Shown here piece after piece: positions 28,830 to 38,406 of a stretch of DNA of 64,000 bases. This stretch comes from Patescibacteria group bacterium (GTDB lineage: Bacteria; Patescibacteriota; Minisyncoccia; Phycocordibacterales; PALSA-1337). The stretch spans positions 1,842 to 65,841 of the forward strand of contig JAGXAG010000005.1 of the NCBI GenBank assembly GCA_018971685.1, given 5' to 3'. The position numbers were made by a program, and so were the translations under genes. Position 1 is the stretch's first letter. Every line of letters starts with the position of its first letter. The notes beneath the pieces were generated by a model. It ran no database searches, was not told the DNA's origin, and saw nothing but the letters and a program-made list of their open reading frames with translations.

Positions 28830-30257
28830 ATGAGCATACCGTGGCGCAAGTTTGGAGCGACCAAAATCGCCACACTGGTGATAGGAACGCTCGTTATTTT
28901 GCTTATAGGACTGTGGATAACATGGGGATTTCCTGTGGGCACCATTGATTACGCTACACAGCCTATCGCTTCCAATACCGATAATGACCCGAGCGCGGCA
29001 AGTACGGGTATTGCCTCATCAACCGAAAATGATTTGCCGTCCAAACCGATCGTGACTCATTTGCCGACACCCGATCCGCTCAAGGCTGTGTACATAACCG
29101 CTTGCACTGCCAGCGAAAGGCGTTTGCGCGACAAAGTAGTATCACTTTTCAGCGGTTCGGAATTGAATGCCATTATTATAGATATAAAGGATTACACGGG
29201 CACTCTGGCTTATTCGTCGTCCACATTACGCACTGGCCGGACCGGAAACGGCTGTGTGATCATTGACCTGCCGGAGTTTTTACATAAGCTTCATGAAAAA
29301 GGAATTTATACGATAGCACGCGTTACCGTTTTTCAGGATCCGCTATACGCCGAAGAGCATCCTGAATCTGCTATTAAAAAAGTTTCAAATCCCCAAGCAT
29401 TGTGGCGCGATCCGAAAGGTTTGGCCTATATAGATCCGGGCGCGGTTCCATTCTGGGACTATATAGTGAATATTTCCAAAGAGGCGTACTCGATAGGTTT
29501 CGATGAAATCAATTATGATTACATACGCTTCCCGTCGGACGGCGATTTGAAAGATATGAAGTTGCTGCCCGAGGATAATCGTCCGGTTCATGTGAGTGTG
29601 GCCGCCTCGATCTCAACTCCGACAAGCGCTTCGACCTCGGGTTCGTTTTTAGGTGCGGCAACTACCACATCGGCTGGCCAAAAGATAAATACCGGGCAGC
29701 GTATATTGTCGTATGAAACTTCAAAGTCGAGAATCATTACCGAATTCTTCAAATATTTGAAAGAACATATGGCGGACACGCCGGTGAAATTGTCAGCGGA
29801 TTTATTCGGCCTGACGACAAGCGCCGAGAGCGACTTGGGCATAGGCCAAATTCTGGAAAACGCCTTGCCTTATTTCGACTATGTTTGTCCGATGGTGTAT
29901 CCGTCGCACTTCGCTTACGGCTTCATCGGCATACCGCGCCCGGCGACGAAGCCGTACGAGGTGATCAGTTATTCCATGAGCCACGCGATCATGAAGGTTG
30001 ACGCGGCGTCTTCCACGCCGTCGAAATTGCGCCCATGGCTGCAGGCTTTCGATCTGGGGGCGGTTTATACGCCGGCTATGGTGGAGGCCGAGAAGCAAGC
30101 GGTCTACGATTCGGGACTTTCGAGCTGGTCTCTCTGGAATGCGGGGAGTATTTACACTTCCGCGGAATTGGCGCCGGCGACAAAGATGGTTACATACAAG
30201 AACGCTTCGACTTCCGCTGAAATCTCGGCTTCAACCGCCACTACTACAGTTAGATAA
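28830..30257 (+). CDS. Putative glycoside hydrolase (DUF4015-like), membrane-anchored
   Basis: NAIIIDIKD.TG, IARVTVFQDP, GFDEINYDYIRFPSDG, PMVYPSH, RPWLQAF, WNA. Confidence 0.85.
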   Translation: MSIPWRKFGATKIATLVIGTLVILLIGLWITWGFPVGTIDYATQPIASNTDNDPSAASTGIASSTENDLPSKPIVTHLPTPDPLKAVYITACTASERRLRDKVVSLFSGSELNAIIIDIKDYTGTLAYSSSTLRTGRTGNGCVIIDLPEFLHKLHEKGIYTIARVTVFQDPLYAEEHPESAIKKVSNPQALWRDPKGLAYIDPGAVPFWDYIVNISKEAYSIGFDEINYDYIRFPSDGDLKDMKLLPEDNRPVHVSVAASISTPTSASTSGSFLGAATTTSAGQKINTGQRILSYETSKSRIITEFFKYLKEHMADTPVKLSADLFGLTTSAESDLGIGQILENALPYFDYVCPMVYPSHFAYGFIGIPRPATKPYEVISYSMSHAIMKVDAASSTPSKLRPWLQAFDLGAVYTPAMVEAEKQAVYDSGLSSWSLWNAGSIYTSAELAPATKMVTYKNASTSAEISASTATTTVR

Positions 30258-30436
30258 CAAAATTTGTTATCCACTTGCGCATATTTTCTTTTGGTGGTAA
30301 TTTATTACTCCGGAGCGTGCGATGAAGCGTCTCGATTCAAAACGACGCAAGCTGAGTATTTTCGGATCGACTGGAGCCGATCTATTAATACTCGGGTCGA
30401 GATTGAAGTAATCGCACACAAGTCAGAAACAACTAT

Positions 30437-30652
30437 ATGGCAAAATCAGGAAGTGGAAAAACGGTTGGACGAGCGTCTTCTGTTGAGATTCTCGGCATGT
30501 GTGAGACAAGAAAACCTTCAGATGAAGAACTGAAGGAACAACGCCAACATTTTCGTGAAGCGATGAAAAGTTGCGCGAGGGCGTTTGGCAACGATGTGAG
30601 TGCTGGTGTCGCACGAGTGATGGCTTCAGAGTACAGACCGTTCATCTATTGA
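30437..30652 (+). CDS. Small hypothetical protein (71 aa)
   Basis: ORF downstream of a promoter and structured leader; first of a pair. Confidence 0.45.
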   Translation: MAKSGSGKTVGRASSVEILGMCETRKPSDEELKEQRQHFREAMKSCARAFGNDVSAGVARVMASEYRPFIY

Positions 30653-30664
30653 CATTACAGGGTT

Positions 30665-30883
30665 ATGGCAAAGTCTATCTTGGTGACAGAAGAAACCATT
30701 GGAATAGCTGTTCCACTGACTCTTTCCGAGAGGAAGGTCAATGGAAACAGAATCACTCTCCGTTTGCAGGGGAAAAGTGGGCGTGAGTTTTTCAAAGACG
30801 CCCAGCCATACCCGAGGGCAGTGACTGCGGTTCTGACAACCTGCGTCAGACAGCATGGTGGTGCGGTAACTCTGAGGCTCTAA
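30665..30883 (+). CDS. Small hypothetical protein (72 aa)
   Basis: ATG 12 nt after the previous stop; followed by a terminator. Confidence 0.45.
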   Translation: MAKSILVTEETIGIAVPLTLSERKVNGNRITLRLQGKSGREFFKDAQPYPRAVTAVLTTCVRQHGGAVTLRL

Positions 30884-30904
30884 TCTCTGAAACAGTTTTT
30901 TACC

Positions 30905-30940
30905 CGGCGTACTATATGGAGCAGTGCGCCGGCTTTTTGT
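30905..30940 (+). terminator. Intrinsic terminator
   Basis: CCGGCGTACT...AGTGCGCCGG-cTTTTTGT. Confidence 0.7.
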
Positions 30941-31013
30941 ATTCGACTTTTCCGTTCCGTGGTACAATACTATGCATCAATCGTTCGCGGGAACGGCAAC
31001 CGCATTTAATTCA

Positions 31014-33074
31014 ATGGACGAGAATCGCGTAACATATTTTGCGGAGACAGACGCGCGTAACAAGCGGGTCAAATTTGGCATAAAGAGCAAGGACAGGACC
31101 AAGCATCTGTACGCCATCGGCAAAACCGGCATGGGCAAATCCACCATGTTGGAAAACATGGCCGTGCAAGACATTCAGGCCGGAGAAGGAATGTGTTTCA
31201 TCGATCCGCATGGCAAGACCGCCGACCTGCTCTTGGAATATGTGCCCAAAGAGCGCGTGAACGATGTCATATACATCGCGCCGTTCGATACCGACTTTCC
31301 GATATCGTTCAATGTGCTCGAAAGCGTCGATCCGGACAAGAGGCACTTGGTGGTGTCTGGCCTCATGAGTACATTCAAGAAAATCTGGGTCGACGCCTGG
31401 TCCGCCAGAATGGAATACATATTGACCAACACCCTTTTGGCATTGCTCGAAGCGCCGGGTTCCACGCTTCTCGGCGTGAATAGGTTGCTGTCGGACAAGG
31501 AATACAGGAGAGACATCGTGTCGAAAGTGCAGGATCCGTCGGTCAAAGCTTTCTGGACCAAGGAGTTCGCCAATTACAGCGAACGCATGGCTCAAGACGC
31601 TGTGCCCGCCATCCAGAACAAAGTCGGCCAATTCACCGCGAACCCGCTCATCAGGAACATGATCGGCCAGCCGCAGTCGTCGTTTGATTTCCGCCAGGCG
31701 ATGGATAACAGGAAAATAGTCATTATCAACCTTTCCAAAGGCCGGGTCGGCGACGAGAACATGAAGCTTTTGGGCGGCATGCTGGTGACGAAGATTTATT
31801 TGGCGGCAATGTCCAGGGCCGATACGCCGGATCGTATAGCCAGGACTCTGCCGAACTTCTATTTGTTCGTCGATGAATTCCAGAACTTCGCCAACGCCTC
31901 GTTTGCCGATATTCTTTCGGAGGCCAGGAAGTACAAGCTGAATTTGACGATCGCGCATCAATATATCGAGCAGATGGACGAGGATGTGCGCGCGGCGGTC
32001 TTCGGCAATGTGGGCACGATGATAGCTTTTCGGGTCGGCGCGACCGATGCGGAAGCGCTGGAGAAGGAATTTGCGCCGACTTTCACGATCGAGGATTTGG
32101 TGAATCTTGGATTCACCCAAATTTACCTAAAGTTAATGATCGACGGCCTGACCTCGTCGCCTTTTTCGGCGGTGACTTTGCCGCCGATCGCGCACCCGGG
32201 TTCTTCATTTGTAAAAGAAATTATCGAGGCGTCTAGAACACAATTCGCGCGGCCGCGAGTAATGGTTGAAGCTGAGATAGTGAAATTCCACGAACCGACG
32301 CAGAAATCGGCGCGGTCTGCTATTCCCGCGCCCGCAGGCGAAGCGCTTGCCGGTTCGAGTCTGCGGAACTCGCGTCGTGAAGTTGCCAGGTTTTCGGGCT
32401 CGACAGCGCGACCCGAAAACCTGGCAACTTCTACGCCGCTCAAACAGAGTCCTCGACTCGAACCGGCAAGCGCTTCGCCTGCGGGCGCGGCTGACGCAAG
32501 TACTTCAGTCGCTGCCAATATTTCCACTGATTCCAAAACTTCATCAGCGCCGTCGGCAAAGACGGATACGGTTTCCGAACCCTCTTCGGAGACGGGTTGG
32601 AGACAAAATCCGCATACTACCGACTCCCCGCCGAGAAAAGGCGGCGACGGCGGGCGTCCTGTTGTTCCGCTGTCACCGACCGTGGGTGAGGGAAACCGTG
32701 TTCGTAGAGCCGAAAAGCGCGAAGAGCTTGGACAGCATAACCAACAACATATTTCACTATCGTCGCTCAGTCGCAATCAACCCAAGCGCGACCTGAAGAC
32801 GCAATCGAAAGAGAATGTCAGTCAATTGAGAAACGCCCTGCAAGCCGCGCTCGGCAAGACCGAACGCGCCGCGCCCACTTTCTCGCCGACCGATGCCGCC
32901 GCGTCCGTTCCAGCCACAGCGCCTGCCGCGACAACCCAAAATACAATTGCCTCACAACCCGTACGGCAAAACCAAGCACTTCAAAAAACACCTGAAATTC
33001 CAAAAGTTCCGAAAACCGATAAAGTTCCTGAAGTCCCCGAAGAAGTCTTGAAAAAGGTCTTGAAAGTTGATTGA
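31014..33074 (+). CDS. VirB4/VirD4(TrwB)-like P-loop ATPase with repeat-derived C-terminal extension
   Basis: HLYAIGKTGMGKST, FIDPHG, LFVDEFQNF, LSEARKY, AHQYI.Q, FGNVGT..FRVG..DA. Confidence 0.88.
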   Translation: MDENRVTYFAETDARNKRVKFGIKSKDRTKHLYAIGKTGMGKSTMLENMAVQDIQAGEGMCFIDPHGKTADLLLEYVPKERVNDVIYIAPFDTDFPISFNVLESVDPDKRHLVVSGLMSTFKKIWVDAWSARMEYILTNTLLALLEAPGSTLLGVNRLLSDKEYRRDIVSKVQDPSVKAFWTKEFANYSERMAQDAVPAIQNKVGQFTANPLIRNMIGQPQSSFDFRQAMDNRKIVIINLSKGRVGDENMKLLGGMLVTKIYLAAMSRADTPDRIARTLPNFYLFVDEFQNFANASFADILSEARKYKLNLTIAHQYIEQMDEDVRAAVFGNVGTMIAFRVGATDAEALEKEFAPTFTIEDLVNLGFTQIYLKLMIDGLTSSPFSAVTLPPIAHPGSSFVKEIIEASRTQFARPRVMVEAEIVKFHEPTQKSARSAIPAPAGEALAGSSLRNSRREVARFSGSTARPENLATSTPLKQSPRLEPASASPAGAADASTSVAANISTDSKTSSAPSAKTDTVSEPSSETGWRQNPHTTDSPPRKGGDGGRPVVPLSPTVGEGNRVRRAEKREELGQHNQQHISLSSLSRNQPKRDLKTQSKENVSQLRNALQAALGKTERAAPTFSPTDAAASVPATAPAATTQNTIASQPVRQNQALQKTPEIPKVPKTDKVPEVPEEVLKKVLKVD
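32326..32497. repeat. Palindromic element family A, in-frame copy in the ATPase gene
   Basis: 36-bp perfect IR (32326-32361/32455-32490), inner hairpin, 3' GCGGCTGACGC tail. Confidence 0.9.
32563..32704. repeat. Structured element family B, in-frame copy in the ATPase gene
   Basis: Shares ACCCTCTTCGGAG..CGGG and ACTCCCCGCCGAGAAAAG...GTTCCGC...CGTGGGTGA with 58820-58962. Confidence 0.85.
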
Positions 33075-33082
33075 ATGCGATT

Positions 33083-34285
33083 ATGCGCCGCATCCTCATA
33101 TTTTCGCTGGTGTACTATCCGAACATGATCGGCGGGGCCGAGGTGGCGATAAAAGAAATCACCGATCGGATTCCGGACAGTGAAATCGAATTCGACATGG
33201 TGGCATTGCGATTGGACCGTAAACTCCCTAAGTTCGAAAAGATCGGCAATGTAAATATTCACAGAATCGGCTGGACAGGCAAACAAAAGACATTGTCAGA
33301 TTCTTTGCCGCCATATCTGCATTTGAATAAATACGCGTATCTCGCCCTGGGACTATTCAAGGCAATTTCCTTGAATCGAAAAAGGAAATATGACGCCATC
33401 TGGTCGCTAATGGCGACATATAATTCATTCGCGGCCGTGCTTTTCAAATTGGCGCATCCGAAAATACCGTTCATCTTCACTCTACAAGACGGCGATCCGA
33501 TCCCGTATTTGAAAAGGCGCGCCCGGCCGCTATATCCAATGTTCAAGATGATGTTTACCCGCGCGGACGCCATTCAGGCCATTTCGAAATATCTTGCAGA
33601 TTGGGCGCTGGATATGGGCGCGAAATGTCCCGTTACAATCGTGCCAAACGGGGTAGATTATCGATTTTTCTCAAAACAGGTCTCCGGCGGGCGTTTAGGG
33701 GCTTTAAAAGCGCAACTAGGCAAGCGGGAAGGCGATATTTTCCTCATTACGGTCTCTAGATTGGTAGCCAAAAACGCCGTTGGCGACATCATTCAAGCTT
33801 TGAATTATTTGCCGATTAATATCAAGTTGCTCATCGCGGGAACAGGCTATGAAGAGGAAAGGTTGAAGAAGATGGTTCGCACCGGTCCGACCGGTGTACA
33901 CCGGTCGGACCGGTGCGAACCCAGCGTCATATTCCTAGGACATGTGCCGCATGCAGATCTGCCGATGTATCTCCAAGCCTCGAACATATTCATCCGCCCG
34001 TCGCTCTCCGAAGGTTTCGGCAATTCATTTGTCGAAGCGATGGCCGCCGGCATTCCCGTCATCGCCACGCCGGTCGGCGGTATTGTTGACTTTTTGCGCG
34101 ACGGCGAAACCGGACTTTTCTGTGAAGTTAGAAACCCAAGATCGATCGCGGAAAAAGTCGAACGGTTGATCGACAACGAGGGGTTGCAGAATTCTTTGGT
34201 GATAAATGCGAGGAGAATGGTTGAAGACAAATATGACTGGAATAAAATTGCCAATGAAATGAAAATGATATTTGCCGGAGTCTGA
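33083..34285 (+). CDS. Glycosyltransferase family 4
   Basis: GGAEVA, VSRLVAKN, PSLSEGFGNSFVEAMAAG.PVIAT.VGG. Confidence 0.92.
   Translation: MRRILIFSLVYYPNMIGGAEVAIKEITDRIPDSEIEFDMVALRLDRKLPKFEKIGNVNIHRIGWTGKQKTLSDSLPPYLHLNKYAYLALGLFKAISLNRKRKYDAIWSLMATYNSFAAVLFKLAHPKIPFIFTLQDGDPIPYLKRRARPLYPMFKMMFTRADAIQAISKYLADWALDMGAKCPVTIVPNGVDYRFFSKQVSGGRLGALKAQLGKREGDIFLITVSRLVAKNAVGDIIQALNYLPINIKLLIAGTGYEEERLKKMVRTGPTGVHRSDRCEPSVIFLGHVPHADLPMYLQASNIFIRPSLSEGFGNSFVEAMAAGIPVIATPVGGIVDFLRDGETGLFCEVRNPRSIAEKVERLIDNEGLQNSLVINARRMVEDKYDWNKIANEMKMIFAGV
33874..33921. repeat. 48-bp perfect palindrome inserted in-frame in the GT4 gene
   Basis: GGTTCGCACCGGTCCGACCGGTGT|ACACCGGTCGGACCGGTGCGAACC. Confidence 0.9.
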
Positions 34286-34330
34286 CCTCAGTAATCGCGG
34301 CGCCAACACTATTATGCTAGACTTTGAATC

Positions 34331-35371
34331 ATGAAAATCTTGATTGCCACCGGCATTTATCCGCCTGATATTGGAGGCCCCGCCCAGTACGCCCGGAATC
34401 TCTATGAAACTTGGAAGAACGCCAAAGGCGCCGACGGCAAACCGCTTCATCGCGTAAAGGTAGCGGCGTATCGTTGGGAGCGTGCGTTTCCGCCAGGCGT
34501 GCGGCACTTGTTGTATTTATTGAAAGTAATCCGAAAAGGATGGGATGCGGATCTTATCTTGGTCTTAGATACCTGGTCGGCGGCGATGCCGGCGATGCAC
34601 GCATGCAATATTATGCATAAAAAATATGTTATCCGCACCGGCGGCGACTTTCTCTGGGAAACTTACGCCGAAAGGACCGGCGATCTGGTTAGATTTAAAA
34701 ACTTTTACGGAACGAGGATGGAAAAATTTTCCAGAAAAGAGAAATTGATTTTCAGGCTTGGCGGTCAGGCACTCCGTAAGGCGAAGGTGGTTATATTCAG
34801 TACGGCATGGCAAAAGGAAATATTCGAGAAGGCGTATGGTTTGGACCCTAGAAAGTCCGCGATCGTCGAGAATTATTGCGGCGAGAGATTGGAACCGACG
34901 GAACCGGAAAACCGCGCGTTCGTTGCCGCGACGCGACCGCTCAAATGGAAAAATGTTGAATTATTGAAAGAAGCGTTCGAGGCGGCGAGAGTCAAGGTCA
35001 AGAAGGCGGGTCTGCAAGATATTGAACTCGATACCGGCAAGGCGGTCTACGACAGCTTCGTGGAGAAAATAAGGCACTCGTATGCGGTTATTCTGGCGTC
35101 TTTGGGCGATATCAGTCCGAATATGATATTTGACGCAATACGCGCCGGCACGCCGTTTATTTTGACGAAAGAGACAGGGATTGCGGAGAGGGTCAAAGAT
35201 TGCGCGGTATTCGTCGATCCGGAAGACGAGAACGAGATCGCGGACAAAATTACATGGCTTTCCGAACCGGGCAACCGCGCGCGGCAGGCGGAGTTGGTGA
35301 GAAAGTTTTCTTGGAAACATTCGTGGCGGGAAATTGCGGATGAAATAGTAGCGGTTTGGGAAAAATTTTAA
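34331..35371 (+). CDS. Glycosyltransferase family 4-like
   Basis: MKILIATGIYPPDIGGPAQY, RPLKWKN, SLGDISPNMIFDA. Confidence 0.85.
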   Translation: MKILIATGIYPPDIGGPAQYARNLYETWKNAKGADGKPLHRVKVAAYRWERAFPPGVRHLLYLLKVIRKGWDADLILVLDTWSAAMPAMHACNIMHKKYVIRTGGDFLWETYAERTGDLVRFKNFYGTRMEKFSRKEKLIFRLGGQALRKAKVVIFSTAWQKEIFEKAYGLDPRKSAIVENYCGERLEPTEPENRAFVAATRPLKWKNVELLKEAFEAARVKVKKAGLQDIELDTGKAVYDSFVEKIRHSYAVILASLGDISPNMIFDAIRAGTPFILTKETGIAERVKDCAVFVDPEDENEIADKITWLSEPGNRARQAELVRKFSWKHSWREIADEIVAVWEKF

Positions 35372-35387
35372 CTTAAACACTATACGC

Positions 35388-36548
35388 ATGAATAATGCAA
35401 GCAAGAAACTGTTAATGATCTCGTCGGACCGCGATATTTTCAGAGAGGACAGTGCGGTACGCGCGCGACAGGCGGAGTACGCGAAAAACTACGATGAAGT
35501 GCATATCGTGGTGTTCGAGAAACGAAATAGTCGGCGGACGCCGCCTCCCCCGTCGCAGGTGCCGCTAAGTGTCAAACGAGGCGATCCGCCAATCGGCGGA
35601 GAATGTGAGACACTATGTCGCGCTGAGGAGGGAGAGGCGGCTGACGCGGACGCGTTGTCGAATAACTGCTTTGCGTATTCGACGAGGTCATGGTCGAAAT
35701 TTCTTTATCCACTGGACGCTATAAGACTGGGCAGATTCATTGTCGATAGGAGACATATAGACGAAGTCACTTGCCAGGATTCGGTCGCGGCGGTGGCGGG
35801 AATTTCGCTGAAAAAACAATTTGACATTCAGCTTGAAATTCAGGTCCATGAAGATATCGGCAGTCCTTACTATGCGACGAATGTGATGCGCAAAATCCGC
35901 AAGTATCTTTATCTGTCGTATTTGCCGAAGGCGGACAAAATAAGGGTGGTTTCGGACAGGATCAGACTGTATCTTATCGATGCATTCGGCCGGAATAGTG
36001 AGGCGGGCGGCATAAATGATCCCGAGCTTGCCTCAAAGATTGAAGTCAGGCCGATCGCCGTCGATGTCGAAAAGATAAAGAGCGCGCCGATTTTGGAAGG
36101 CGCGGATCTGCGGCGGAAATATCCGCAGTTCGAAAAGATTGTCTTGATGGCCTCGAGGTTGGAGAAAGAGAAAAATATCGAGCTCGCAATTCATTCATGG
36201 AAAAAGGTGGTTGAGAAGATTCCAAGGGCGGGATTGATAATAGTTGGCCGCGGCTCGTTGCTCGCAAACCTTAAATCGTCAACCATAAATCTCGGCCTAG
36301 TCGATTCTGTCATCTTCGAAAATTGGATTGACCGGCCGACTCTCTTTTCGTACTATAAAACCGCCGACTTATTACTAAACACTTCACTGTTCGAAGGCTA
36401 TGGCATGGCGCTGGTCGAGGCAAAAGCGGCGGGATGCAGGATTGTATCGACGGATGTCGGGGTGGCGAAGGAGGTGGGGGCGGAGATTGTTGGGCGGGAT
36501 GAAAAAGCGGTTACTAATGCCATTATTCTAATTTTAGAAAAATTATGA
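35388..36548 (+). CDS. Glycosyltransferase family 4
   Basis: ASRLEKEKNI, TSLFEGYGMALVEA.AAG. Confidence 0.9.
   Translation: MNNASKKLLMISSDRDIFREDSAVRARQAEYAKNYDEVHIVVFEKRNSRRTPPPPSQVPLSVKRGDPPIGGECETLCRAEEGEAADADALSNNCFAYSTRSWSKFLYPLDAIRLGRFIVDRRHIDEVTCQDSVAAVAGISLKKQFDIQLEIQVHEDIGSPYYATNVMRKIRKYLYLSYLPKADKIRVVSDRIRLYLIDAFGRNSEAGGINDPELASKIEVRPIAVDVEKIKSAPILEGADLRRKYPQFEKIVLMASRLEKEKNIELAIHSWKKVVEKIPRAGLIIVGRGSLLANLKSSTINLGLVDSVIFENWIDRPTLFSYYKTADLLLNTSLFEGYGMALVEAKAAGCRIVSTDVGVAKEVGAEIVGRDEKAVTNAIILILEKL
35540..35647. repeat. Hairpin element inserted in-frame in the GT4 gene
   Basis: GCCGCCTCCCCC pairs with GGGAGAGGCGGC, inner TCCGCC/GGCGGA; ends in GCGGCTGACGC. Confidence 0.7.
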
Positions 36549-37489
36549 AGGAAAATCTAAAGAATAAGAAAATCGCAGTTATAGGAGGGGCCGGATTTAT
36601 CGGTTCGCACATTGTCGAAGCGCTTGTCAAGATCGGGTCGAAAGTGATCGTGATAGATGACCTGTCTACAGGTAACATTGATAATATAAATGAGGTAAAA
36701 GATGTTATTGAGTTTGTGCGGCAATCTGTCGTTGATACAGACAAACTGGCCGATTTATTGACGGGAGTAGACATGGTCTGCCATCAGGCAGCTTTGCCGT
36801 CTGTTCCTAAAAGTATAAATTTGCCAATGGAGACTAACGCCGCCAATTTGACCGGCACGCTTTCGATGTTTACTGCCGCCGTTAAGGCCAAAGTGCCGCG
36901 CGTGGTTTACGCTTCTTCAAGTTCCGTATACGGCAATACCCCCGTTTTGCCAAAGGTCGAAACGATGCCGGCAAATCCGCTGTCGCCTTATGCCGCACAA
37001 AAATTTGGCGGGGAAATATATGCCAAGATTTTTCATTCGCTCTACGGGTTGGAAACGATCGGTCTGAGATATTTCAATGTTTTTGGTCCTAAGCAAAATC
37101 CAAATTCCGAATACGCGGCGGTCGTGCCGAAATTTATCTCGTCTATGAAGAGGGGTAAACGGCCTGTCATATACGGCGACGGCACACAGACCAGGGATTT
37201 CACTTTTGTAGACAATGTGGTAGCGGCGAATCTGGCGGCGCTTTCATCTAGCGGCGGCGCCGGAGAAGTCTTCAATATAGCGAGCGGCGGCAGAATATCG
37301 CTCAATGAACTTATGTCGAAATTGAATTCGTTGCTGGCCGTGAATATCAAGCCGGAATATGCGAATCCGAGGATAGGCGACATCAAAGACAGCTATGCCG
37401 ATATTTCCAAGGCTGGTAAAATTCTGGGCTACAGACCGGAAGTCTCTTTTGACGAGGGGCTAAAAAAGACGATAGAGTGGTATTCATGA
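36545..37489 (+). CDS. NAD-dependent nucleotide-sugar 4-epimerase (SDR, WbpP-like)
   Basis: GGAGFIGSH, HQAALPSVPKS, ASSSSVYG, YAAQK, RYFNVFGP. Confidence 0.92.
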   Translation: MKENLKNKKIAVIGGAGFIGSHIVEALVKIGSKVIVIDDLSTGNIDNINEVKDVIEFVRQSVVDTDKLADLLTGVDMVCHQAALPSVPKSINLPMETNAANLTGTLSMFTAAVKAKVPRVVYASSSSVYGNTPVLPKVETMPANPLSPYAAQKFGGEIYAKIFHSLYGLETIGLRYFNVFGPKQNPNSEYAAVVPKFISSMKRGKRPVIYGDGTQTRDFTFVDNVVAANLAALSSSGGAGEVFNIASGGRISLNELMSKLNSLLAVNIKPEYANPRIGDIKDSYADISKAGKILGYRPEVSFDEGLKKTIEWYS

Positions 37490-38406
37490 AATTACTCATC
37501 ATCACCCAAAAAGTAGACAAGGACGACCCGATCCTGGGCTTTTTTCACCGCTGGATAGAGGAATTCGCCAAGAGGTTCGAAAAGGTGACAGTCGTATGCT
37601 TGGAGAAAGGTCGGAATGAATTGCCGGCCGAAGTGAAAGTGCTGTCGCTAGGCAAAGAAAACGGCCGCTCGAGGATGAAGTATTTGGCCTGGTTCTATAG
37701 GTATATTTGGCAAGAACGCAAGAATTACGACGCGGTCTTCGTGCATATGAATCAGGAATATGTCATTTTGGGCGGTCTTGTCTGGAAGCTATTTGGCAAG
37801 AAGGTAGCGCTGTGGAGGAATCATCGCAAGGGGAATTGGCTGACTCGCCTGGCGGTGTCGCTTGCCGATATTGTTTTCTACACTTCGCCGCAATCATTCA
37901 CGGCCGGGTTCAAGAAGGCCATGATGATGCCTGTAGGCGTAGATACCGATCTGTTCAGACCGCATCCGGAGATAGAGCGCAACCCGAATTCCATATTGTT
38001 CCTAGGGCGGATATCGCCGGTAAAGAGAGTGGATGTTTTCGTCGAGCGCCTGAAGGAGATGCGGCGGGCGGGCAAACCATTCACGGCTACTATAGTTGGA
38101 AGTCCGACGGATAGGGACGGCGCGTATCACGAGAAAATAAAGAAGATGATAAGTGATTACAGCCTGGGCGATCTCGTAATCATGAAGCCGGCCGTGAAGC
38201 ATGAGGATACGGTCGGGTATTACTGCAGTCACGAAATATACGCGAATTTTACTGAAATCGGCAGTATGGACAAGACTATATTTGAAGCGGCTGCCTGTGG
38301 AGCCAAGGTGGAGACGGAAAACGGGATTATATGGAAAGATGTCGATCTGAAGGGTCAGGGATTAGAGAGGCTTGCCGATAAAATCACACATGAAATATCT
38401 GCTTAA
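37486..38406 (+). CDS. Glycosyltransferase family 4
   Basis: MKLLIITQKVD, LGRISPVK, GSMDKTIFEAAACG. Confidence 0.88.
   Translation: MKLLIITQKVDKDDPILGFFHRWIEEFAKRFEKVTVVCLEKGRNELPAEVKVLSLGKENGRSRMKYLAWFYRYIWQERKNYDAVFVHMNQEYVILGGLVWKLFGKKVALWRNHRKGNWLTRLAVSLADIVFYTSPQSFTAGFKKAMMMPVGVDTDLFRPHPEIERNPNSILFLGRISPVKRVDVFVERLKEMRRAGKPFTATIVGSPTDRDGAYHEKIKKMISDYSLGDLVIMKPAVKHEDTVGYYCSHEIYANFTEIGSMDKTIFEAAACGAKVETENGIIWKDVDLKGQGLERLADKITHEISA

Noticed and set aside
29585-29720. Ser/Thr-rich insert in the DUF4015-like gene as a repeat element
   Set aside because: Low-complexity linker with no clear inverted repeat or match to the element families
30317-30417. SRP RNA or 6S RNA
   Set aside because: No SRP GGAA-loop/CAGG-AGCA motif, and too short for a confident 6S call; kept as an unknown structured RNA
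31011-32776. Long antisense ORFs (369 aa, 217 aa) in the ATPase gene
   Set aside because: Shadow frames; their similarity to secA antisense ORFs is explained by the shared palindromic elements
31014-33074. Conjugative element (ICE)
   Set aside because: No relaxase, integrase, other T4SS genes or att sites; lone ATPases of this type are commonly chromosomal in CPR
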